The notes under the pieces are model-generated. The model was given only the letters and a program-made list of their open reading frames with translations, did no database searches and had not been told where the DNA came from. The translations under genes and the position numbers were made by a program. DNA of 55,568 nucleotides, the filler included, from Sphacelaria rigidula (taxonomy: Eukaryota), in assembly GCA_964200075.2 (NCBI GenBank). It is 5 parts of 5 records of this genome, joined end to end, with 100 filler letters (N's around TTAATTAATTAA, not from the genome) between each part and the next. Parts side by side here need not be neighbours in the genome. Positions count along the whole stretch, not along the records: positions 22,270 to 33,302 come from CAXNAA020005502.1; positions 33,403 to 44,435 come from CAXNAA020005503.1; 3 more parts are not named here. One strand, written 5' to 3'. Shown here piece after piece: positions 23,468-33,741 of the stretch; the stretch's first letter is position 1, and the number at the start of each line of letters is the position of its first letter.

Positions 23468-26400
23468 CTTGAAGTGGAGCGTGATCAGAGAAAATACAAG
23501 GCACTTCAGGTCCTGGATCAGGTAGTAGAAGATACGCAGACCTTCCGGGTCATTGCTTTCCTGCACGTCTAGTAGCGACCCGATCTTGGAGCACTGATGG
23601 AGCGCCAAAAAACAAACAACCAAACACACACACAAGGACAAAATCGCGAGTAGTTAAAGGAAAACAGACGAGGAAAAAAAAAGACGGAAGCATCAGCAAC
23701 GAATGGAGGATTTTCTTCATCATGTCGCCGTAAACGACATGCTCAAGGTGAAGGAGGGAGTCAGGACACACACACACACATGAACGTGGATCATGACTAT
23801 TGTATCACCAGCGCCTGAAGCCTCACCGTGAAAGAGATGTGCTCGTTCCCAAGTTTTACTTCCAGCTCCTGCCGCCCCACGCGGTCAGGCTCCGGCCAAT
23901 TGTGATCATCTTCTCTGTTCGTTTTGGTATAGTACGGGCCATATGATGTGTGTGTATTAATTCCAAACAGAATAAAAAAAGTCGACGTCATATTAGTCCA
24001 CGCCTGGTATTTTTCTAGGAAGATAGAGGTGACATTGAGTGACCAAGTTCATGAGTTTGCCGCGAGGGGACCTCTCGGATTCTTCTTCTTTTTTCTGACA
24101 GTTCCGTACTGTGTTTTTGCCCGTTGCTGTATTCCTCCATTCTGCCGTATTCGCAGTGTCGTGTTCTGGAGATGGAAAAAAATGATGTGTCAGTGACATA
24201 TATAGAGAGATTATTGCGATGCACAGAATAATGTGTCAGGCCAATATTGGCGCCGGATGCGCGATCCAACACACACACACACACACACCGCAAAAAAAAC
24301 TCACGCGATGATATCCGCCTCCTGAATGATCCGGCGTACTTCGTCCAGCACCGCCTGGCTGACCACCACTTCTTTCCTGATCATGCTGTCATTCTTGTAG
24401 TTCGAATTGTTCGCGTACCGCAGCTTGCCCGTGCTCGAGAACTCGAACTCCATAAACTCGTGTCCGAATTTTCCCTTGTGCCCGACACTTTCATAGAGTT
24501 GGGGCAAAAAATAAACGAAGGAGTGCACGAGAGATAGAGAGCGAGAGTAAGCGGGAAGATAGCAGGAGAACAAAAGACGGCTTCTATTTATGCGTGGATT
24601 CTTTGCCAGAAACATTGCGATAGGGGCCTGCCGTTTCTTCTTTTTCCAACTTGGGAGCGGCATTAGGCCTTAGCTTGGGGAAGATCCGAAATCATCCAGG
24701 CTAAAGCCGGGCACCGCAAATCCGGTCGCCCCGGTGGCTCAGCTGGTAACCTCGAAATCTTCTAATGGGACATGGGTTCGAACCTAGGAGCGATCTGGGA
24801 TTTTTTCTCACACAGTGCCCCACAGTGGAGAGCGGCGATGTCGTGGGTACACCAAATTCGACTTAATGGTCGACGAGGGAAAGGGAACGCTGTCCCCTTC
24901 TCGCGATAAAAAATAAAGGCAAGCGCCACAGAAGAAAGATGGGGTATTGAAAACGAAGAAGAAAAAACTCCTGTGTTGGCCTTCCTCCCGTGTAAACGTG
25001 GCTGGTGCGCCCACGTATACCGAAAGGTGTAGACCGGCGTCCAGAATAAATGGGACGACAACACCGCGAATTCTTACTTCAAAAGAAAAAAAATATACTC
25101 TGATCGGACATGCAGCAGAGGCTCCGAAGGCCGGAGAGATGGAAAAATTGAAAAATATCGCCTTATTTTCGGTGATGACTATTGTACACTTGACATGACA
25201 AATTCGACGTATTGCGACCATCTGATGAATATTCCCAACCCGGAAATTGATTTGACGACATCAGATTGGTGGAGGGAAGGCACATTTTTGTGAGGACGGG
25301 GTCATACAAGCCGGTGCAAACGCAAGATGAAGGTTTCAGCAGCTGCGACCGACTGATCGTGAACATCTTCGAACTACAGTCGGGCAAAGTTAGCAGAATC
25401 TAAACATCTGTCTGCCTGCCCAAAATCTCATCAGAATTGCGGCACAGCTACGCTGTAGGCATTCTAGAGATACCTTTCCCCTTCCCGGGGGTATAGCCAT
25501 TCGTAACCTACAGGCAAAACGGTAGATAACACCCCCTAGGCGTATTTGGGCAGGGGATGGAATGCTTTTATCCGCTTTCATCAACGCGGGAGTGGCGGGG
25601 GAGATCATAACAAAATAAACACGGTAGGATATAGCGGTTTAGTGATATCTTTCCCATCCCCAGGGTCACCATCATTCGAATAATGTACGCGCACCTCAGG
25701 CACGTGGAATAGCGCCAAATTTGCGAAGGGACGTTTTTGACCCGGGGTGAACTGCCCTCACTCCTTCGAGCGATCAGACCTCATAAATCGTAGATTTGGT
25801 GGTGAGAACCGGTGATGATTCGACCAACACTTGCAACGTTCCAAAAGCGTAGAGATCGACGTATCTTATACAAGTCACGCAACGAAGCCACACTGCACCC
25901 AGTCGCGCAATGGCCGCTGCAGAATATATTAAAAAAAAAATGGTGACCAAGCTTTATGCGCTGCCAAGCGTGTCAATGGAACAGCAAGTGCGGTGCTACC
26001 TCACCTGTCCTGTTCATCAAAATCAAAGGTCGCAACTCAAACGTTTCAGACATCCAGCATGAAAATCGCGCTAGTAAAACGCGGTTACATGAATATCCCT
26101 GTAGTAGCCCCCCAAACTCTCGGAGGTGCACCGCACAAGTCCAAACCAGTTGACTGAGAAACTAGGAACAAATTGTCACGTCGTATTCCCTTCGTGCTCG
26201 CTACGAAATGTCTGATGATTGACGGCTTGATGGAAAACACAGTATCTTTTTCATCGTAGAGGATTGCGATCGACTGTGCGCCTGAACAACTCACGATCAC
26301 GAGTCGTTCATACATAACGTGGAGTCAAACTTTTCCGGGGAAACGTCCCAAACCTATTTCCCAAGTTACGGCTGGTCTACCCAAGCAACTGTCTCGATTG

Positions 26401-27760
26401 GCATCACATGCAAAGACTGCACATCAGGCCAAGTGTCTGGGGTTGGTAAGGCAGGTTCTCTCACGTTCATGAATAGTACTTTTCTGTGCTGCGAATCTTT
26501 CGTTCAGGAAAATAGCGTGGGGGTACGGTGAATACTACCCACGTGATATTTACATCCATGAGGGTGACATACAACGTACCCCCCTGACTTAACTTGGCCA
26601 GTCGGATGCACGCGATTTGCATGCAAAGGGGGAAGTGATAGCGCGCTAAATTATATGCCTTGGGAAGTCAAATTCTCAGGGGAGGAAGTATCGCGGGGTG
26701 GTACACAGGTATGGGAAGATATCATGTTGCCCTTGTTGCTCTCAATGTCTGCTGCTATATATACCCGCCGCGAGATGTGACAACTGATGATCTTCGGTTT
26801 TTCAGTATGTCAGCCAACATTCAAACAAGGGTGAGGTCGTCACTCGTAGGACATGTAATACACGAGCGCTTTCCTATCGGAAGATGGTGGTGTACAGCGT
26901 GATGAACATTATAATGGATGTAGTGTCGAAAGCAGCCGAAAATTCATCATCTGAAGACCAGGGGTGATATACAACGTATCAGTGATTGAACATGAAAGGC
27001 CTTCAGTCTGCTACAACATTCGTGAGCATAAGCGACAAGTGGCCATGCAAGGAAATGCGCTAACCGCCTGTAGTCCCTGGTGGTTGGGTCGTTGTTGTGT
27101 AAACCTTGAGCGTTGCTACATGTGCTGCCTGTGCGCGTTATGCTGTGCGATTCGTTATGTGAGGTGAGCTTCCCCCGTCTGGCCCCATTACAAAGCACTT
27201 CATTACAAAGCACTTCGGACACAGAAAACCTTAAATACGGCAAACGCTGTCTGTACTACATATACTACTGCTTATAGGGGCATCCATGACAGCAAGAAGC
27301 TCAGCGGAGACAAACCCACCACCTTGCACACGCGTACAATACCGTACACCATCAATCTCAGGGCCATTTGGTGATGAACAAATGAAGCGGTATCCTGCAC
27401 CGACAGTGGCCACATGGGACTGATGACGCCAGCACGCACAGTTTTCGAAACAATAATCGACCGTAAGTACCCCCAGGTGAAAGCCTTTTCGCGAGGCGGA
27501 ACAACACAGACAGTGCAAAAACAGTGTCGTGTCAGACAAGTATTGTAGGGAGGGACACGAGATACGGGCGATCGTGAGCGTTGGGGGTGGGGGGCAAGGA
27601 ATCCAATCGTAGCGCCGAATGAAAATCAAAACACCGAGCAGGCGCGCCAAATGCAAGTGGGCGAGATGGCACCGACAGCCAGCCAAAACAACAGCCGTAC
27701 TATTCTGTACTGTCTGTTGTCGACGACTTACTAGTATCGACAGTAGAACTGATCCGCCAT
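23468..27760 (-). CDS. MAGOH: Mago nashi (EJC core subunit); exons 27760-27732, 24487-24305, 23914-23827, 23593-23468; last ~4 codons not found
   Basis: The spliced product is [142 protein letters not shown] (142 aa), an unmistakable Mago sequence. Introns are GT-AG with phases 2, 2, 0, and a further GT donor lies at 23467. Confidence 0.97.
24722..25061 (+). mobile_element. Full-length SINE family A copy in mago intron 1
   Basis: Box A/B head and family tail. Flanked by CACCGCAAAT (24712-24721) and CACCGCGAAT (25062-25071), a candidate 10-bp TSD. Confidence 0.85.
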
Positions 27761-30700
27761 GGGTACGTGGAGCGCCGAGTTTGCAAATTCCTTGCAATCC
27801 CTTTCCCCCCGCCTCCCCGATTCCAATCGTCGCTTTCAGCTGCGCTTCCCTCCTGGCGGTCTTTCAATCTCCCCCACACAGCCCTTTCGTTTTACACGCA
27901 CCCCTCAGCCGCCCCAAACCAAACGGCCAATATCTCAGGACCAAGATAACGACGGGAAAGGGGCGGCGGCTGAGGAAAATAAATTACACGTACTGCCTGT
28001 AGGAGGATTCGTAAAGTAGAGAACGGCACTTCACGACTTGACTTGACTTTCTAAGGGATGGAGTCGCCTCAAAGCTTGCCCATCAGCATGTAGTATGTCT
28101 TTAGGATGTGCGTAGCAAACCTTCATTAAAATGGCATATGATTGTAGTATGGCTTTGGGAAAAGCGTAGCAGAGACAGCGAACACACCCCGTTGCTTGGT
28201 GCCGCGTGAAAAAGCTAGGTCAGCTGCCGTAAGAAGAGGATACGAGCAGATCAACGACAACAGGTGCATAATTCATACACACAAATTTGCCATAGTTATT
28301 GTAAAATCCGAAGGCAGTGCCGCTTGTTATTGATCGACTCGTTAGATTGAATGGAATTTCAAAGGGAAAAAAGGGGTAGCGTTGCCTCGTGGCGGAGCGG
28401 AGGGGAGGCGCGCGCGGGGCGTGACGGGCGGGCGGGGTGAGGAAACTGGTCGGCACCTGGGTTAGACTCCCTTCAAGTATGAAACAAACGTGAATGATGA
28501 ACAGTGTTTGGGCCATGGATTGACTGCGCCTTCGAGGCAGGAAACATTGTTGTGAGATGCAACCGATGGAACGCACGCGTCGAGGACAACTTACAAACGT
28601 AGCAAACCGCGGGATTTGGGAGGTGCTCAAGGACCGTCGACGGGAAGACTCTCGTGACGCCCATGCTTATTCCTGTGCAAAATACATAAGTGCACGGAGA
28701 CCTTGTTAGAACGTCCGAACTGCGACGCCTCAGTACAAAGGATTTGATGTGTTGACTGATAGTGACCCCGCTCATCATCATCTGGCGAAGGGTGACATGC
28801 CTTCCCCAAAAAATACTGTTTGGCTGTGCTGTCGAAAAATAGGTGGATGAGGCGTTTTCGTGAAACGAGCACGTACAGTATCGGGCAGCACCTGAACTAT
28901 TTTTCCTTCAAAAGGTTTTTTTTCTCGCGACTACTCTTCGATAGAATTCGAAAATGCTAGCGTCGGTAGATGTTGGTAAGATAAACAGATGGTGTTCCCC
29001 CAGTGCCCAAGTTGGTGCTGGTTGATGTTATCAGGTGGTAGGAGTAGATACCCCGTTTACCAGGAGGGTGTTATTGAACGTGAAACACTGTTTTTCGGCT
29101 CCAGTGCAATGAGTAGCAAGGACTTAAAAAACACAAATCTGCACATTTCTTCACGAATACGATCGGGACAGGCTCGATCGACCTAAAATAGCGAAGAGTC
29201 AGAATCTGGGCTGAAACGTATGAGGACCCGCGATGACCGGTCAACCCGCAAGTCACTCAATATTGAGAAAGTACACATGTTTTTTTTTCTGGGAATGTGG
29301 AGCGGATACGAATATTCTCAGATCCCCAATGTAAAGAGCGGTGGCAAGCGAAAAAGCCCAAGAAAATCGCCAATTACGAAGAAATTACAAGATGAAAAGT
29401 ACAGGTGCCCAGTACTGTACGTTATTATGGAAATGGCACCAGACGTAACGAAATGTCGGGTGCAAGTCTTCGTGCTGCGTACCGCACCCATATTATGAGT
29501 TGGTGCTTGTGTAAGTTATCCACGCCGACAGCATTCGGTGAGCATGTGTGGAATGATACTTTTGGGGATGCTGCTCACACCAGAGCACGAAAAACTTGCC
29601 GTGCCCAACCCAAACACAAAACAGCAACGCACAGCCTTGTCCAGGCCAGTTTGTTATCACATGTGCTTCTAGATGCCTCCGTACTTCGATGGAAGATGAT
29701 GAATGTCGCGGGTTGTGGGGACCATTAGCACAATATTGGGCATAAACCACGGCTGCTATCAAGCTCCACTTGTTTATTCGGGAGAACTTCACTTTCAAAA
29801 GTGCGACGAGAATTCTCTACAATCGCGTTCGGGTGACGAGAGGAATTTCATCGTGTATGAATTCCCCAACTTCTTTCCGTGTTCTGGATTAAATGTACGC
29901 CGTCAGTCTTGTGCTCTGTAATGGGCGGAACTGAGCCGGATTTGTTGAGGAAAGTATTTGAAGTCTTGTTCTACACCTTTATACCGATTCGTTTGTGACC
30001 ATGTGCATCGTCGATTCTTGTGACTCCACTATGCCTCGTTTTCGTAGGAGGGTGTTGAAAAATGTGAAATGTGACACTAACCAGGCACAACACTGAGAAT
30101 GTTCAATCAACGGTCAACTTTGGAGCATGACTTCTTGGGCAGGCTATATTACTGGGGTCTGCATACATGCAGTACGTGCATGTACTGTGCTATTCTATTT
30201 GTTGTGAGCAATGAAGGAAATAACGTTGAGAGTACTACAGAGTAATATGTCGCACTTCCACCGGTAGTTCTCTCGGAGCCGTTTGGACCATTTACAACAT
30301 AGATGCCCCTTTACCCCCGATCCCCGTACACTATCAGGGATAGTTGGGCACGAGAGAACTGAAACGAACCAGGGCTCAAATCGCCGTCTCACAATTATGC
30401 CCCCCCCCTCCTCTCTTCCCCCTCCCTGCGCGCGCTACCCACTCAAGCATATCACGCACTCTTAGTCATTATCCAGCCATCGAACTTTGGTCCCGGAGCA
30501 AACCTGATTCGTGAAGTCTTGACGATAATCGAAATTCTATGTATGGGCTTCTCATCTCTGCATCAGTATCATGCACTCTTTGCATTGAAGGTCCCTGGTC
30601 CATCCGTGGGCAACGTCGTGCGTTTGGTCAGCAAGAAGTCAGTGCTGAATGATCACTCTCTTGGCCTCGGTTGATATGGTGGAAGGAGAATACTGTGCAT

Positions 30701-30871
30701 CATTGGTGATCAGTCCATATAAACACATGTGTTCATCTGCCCCCTCCTTCCCTCCTCCCCTCCTCCCCTCCCCCCCTCCCCCGTGCCTCCCTACGCAAAC
30801 GCGGCCGCACCAAGCTTGACACCAGCAGCCCAACCCAGAGAGAAGGGGAGTGGTCAGCAAATCAACTAATC

Positions 30872-31119
30872 ATGGCGGATGAGGTAGACTTCGAGCCGGA
30901 GTACGAAGAGGAGCAGGCAATGGATGATGACGCAGAGGAGGAAGAGGAGGAAGACCAAGGAGAGGATGATGACGATGCTGATGCGGCAGGGACAGGGGGC
31001 GCGGGAGATGCCGATGGCGGGGGCGGAGGGGGCTCTAACGGCAAGGCTGCGAAGGGTGGCAGGAAATCGGGCACGAAGGGGAGGGGTCACCAAGCCGTGT
31101 CTATGGATGTTGGGGATCG
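30872..31119 (+). CDS. RBM8A: Y14/RBM8A/tsunagi (EJC core subunit), first coding exon only
   Basis: MADEVDFEPEYEEEQAMDDD...KSGTKGRGHQAVSMDVGDR resembles the Y14 N-terminus (plant-type VDFEP-acidic-MD, then K.KGRG). It ends at a CG|GTGAG donor at 31120. The RRM exons were not found before the contig ends at 33302. Confidence 0.8.
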
Positions 31120-31414
31120 GTGAGTTGTTGAATATGCAGCGCTTTGTTTCTGATTCGTATGGTAATGGGGGGTGACTTATTTTTGTGCTGTTGAAATCAG
31201 AAAGTAAAGAAACTTTCCAAGGTTGTGTTCTGTTTAGATAGATGGGGTATACCCGGAAGTGGAGGATTTTTTGTTGGTATACCAGACCATACCGGATTGT
31301 CTATCGAACATTCCGGTGTGCTCGGGGAGGGTATCGAGCCCTGTTCCGAGCACTCTGGAACAGGGTATCGAGCCCTGTTCCGAACAGGACTCGTCCCAAG
31401 AAAGAGGAGGACGG

Positions 31415-31927
31415 GGGGGTGTACTCTTGATCTTGCATGCCGTAGTCATATGATCATCGACCTTGCAACCCTACAAAGCTGGGACAGAGCACGCCGGATT
31501 TTCTCTGGACCAGGCTCGTAATTGATCACCAAGCGCGAAACGCCGAGATGTGTTCGGCGAGTCGCATGAGGGGTGAGCTGCATCTTGCCAAGATTGATCG
31601 GCCCGAAGCCTACTGATTACCTCCCATTTGGATGACAGCTTACAATGAGTTGCCTCACTTTTTGGTGTCGCCACTTCCGGAGACAGCCACGCGCTTCTAC
31701 ACTGCCTCATGGGTGTCTTACCATCACCATCTAAAAACCACGTAGTACGATCATTCCCTCTGCACGGAATTGAGCTTCTCCCACCCCGCACAGTATGGTC
31801 TAGCCCGACCACCATCATGCTCACCGCAAAAAAACACAAGCGCAAAAAAAGGTTGTAACCTGGCTGCCTAGCTTACGCAGTGAGTGGCGTGTTTTACAGC
31901 GTCATTGCCAACGGACGCCAACCCCAT
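31415..31927. repeat. Interspersed repeat family C, copy 2 (in putative Y14 intron 1)
   Basis: Homologous to 2677-3172; begins GGGGGGTGTACTCTTGATCTTGCATGC. A short terminal fragment is also present at about 45538-45578. Confidence 0.8.
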
Positions 31928-33741
31928 GAGGGGTCCGTCCTTACAAAGCCGGGACGGAGCACGCCGAGTTTTCGCCGGAAAGGGAGGGGGTGGGGGGGTG
32001 TAATGAAAATAAACGTGAAAAATCAACCTTCCATTTTTATGCAGCTTACTTACTACATACTGATGGTAGGGTAGTCCATTGGATACAAAAATGCGGGCAT
32101 GCACAGGCAAATAACGAGTAGTAAAGTGTCCGGCATAGTATATCGGTGAGTGGGAAAAAGATAATGGTGTGTTCGTCGCGCTGTATAGTCGGTAACGGCA
32201 AACTACCGATATATCGTATATAACGTTTCTATGTCTTGACGATATTATCGGCATCAATGCCTAAGCCTACCCACCACTCCCTCGTATTTTGCACCCGTAG
32301 GGGTGTCCAATCGAGCTCCGTAGCGTGCGAGCAGCACCGGCTAGTGGTGTTTATTGTTGGTAATCGGGTGACGCGGTGCTGAATTTGAGAAGTTGGGCGC
32401 TGAAATTTGTACACGATAGTTTTATCACCAACACGCGCAATCTCTCGAGATGCCAAGTAATAAGATACAGAGAAAGTCAGAGCGATTTGAAATTTTGGCA
32501 TAGACTGGAAAAATGTAAATAGCGCCGTCAAGAAAAAACGGTGGCATCCACACTATGTTGTACGTACTTGCGCGCAGGAGACCCCGGTAGAATTCGACGG
32601 AAATTTTCTAAAATTGAGCCCAGTGTGGAACTTTTTGTGTGGAACCGCTGCGCACTGACTGTAATCTTACTGATGCAAGAGACTCCAGTTATGGGAGTCA
32701 AAGGTTCGAATCCCTACAGATTCCTTTTATTTCGCAGAATCTGATTCCGTCGTTAACCCTTTTGGGACCGACCCCCCACTAACATAGGGCTGACCCTGTG
32801 TTCGTGAAATAATGAAAAAAGTCTTCGAGTGACCTGCCCCATCACGGTGAGGCGAAATTTATCGACCAGACCCGAACGACCAGTGCGGGGATTGTTGGCG
32901 AGTGTGATGCCACTGTAAACATCGTGTGAGGACCCTATCCCTGGCCCAGATAAGCCTTCCCAGGTTTCCAAGTGCAGGGTGGTCGGAACTTTGCTATATG
33001 GTATTACTTGCACTTAGTGTAGCGTTCCCGAGTTTTCCGTTTTTTTGGGGGGGTCACAATTTTATACTAAATCATAGTAATTACACTAACACAGGGTCAA
33101 CCGGGAAAAACCGGGAAGGAGTGAACATGCGACCATGTGGTTATTTTCACGGGGCACTAAACCCAGGTGGGCCGTGGAAAGACAAAAGGAGCTACCGTCA
33201 TGAGTTCTGCCTATCCCTCTGCCGATGACTTGCGATGTGCAGTCAACCTGTATGTAGTGGGCGGGGATGAAGAAGCGGTTTATAGGCAGTTGATCTCGGT
33301 AGNNNNNNNNNNNNNNNNNNNNNNNNNNNNNNNNNNNNNNNNNNNNTTAATTAATTAANNNNNNNNNNNNNNNNNNNNNNNNNNNNNNNNNNNNNNNNNN
33401 NNAAAAACGAGCGGAGGCCGGAGGAGCGTGCGGGCGGGGGGTGTGGGGGGGGGGGGGGGGGGGGGGGGGTGGGGGGGGGGGGGGGGGGGAGGGGCTATCG
33501 CGGCATCCGTCACCCTGTGTACGCTGGTGTAACTGTCAATGGTCACCAACTACGATAACGTCTGATGCTCGCCTTTTCTACGTGATGGTCTTGATCGATG
33601 ATGTGTGCCATGTAGGCAGTTTAGTTATATTCCCCTGGATCATGACTCCGACACACGCAAAGGTAGCCGCCCCGCGCTCCAACTCCTCTCCTCTCTTGTT
33701 CGTCCCTTCACTCGTCCGTGCGTCAGTCTTCGGGCACCCAG

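Noticed and set aside
24301-24663. ORF-track N-terminus [10 protein letters not shown]... for Mago
   Set aside because: Intronic read-through; the true first exon MADQFYCRY is at 27760-27732 with a GTAAG donor in the matching phase.
2039-31119. A nuclear housekeeping gene cluster of PSME4, SNAPC3, Mago and Y14
   Set aside because: PSME4, SNAPC3 and Mago/Y14 are on three different contigs joined by artificial spacers.
32640-32722. tRNA-like segment ending GGTTCGAATCCC
   Set aside because: Only box B is clear; there is no convincing cloverleaf or box A.
31120-33302. Further Y14 exons encoding the RRM
   Set aside because: No EGW or NLDRRTG-type peptide with splice sites was found by eye; these exons are presumably beyond the contig end.
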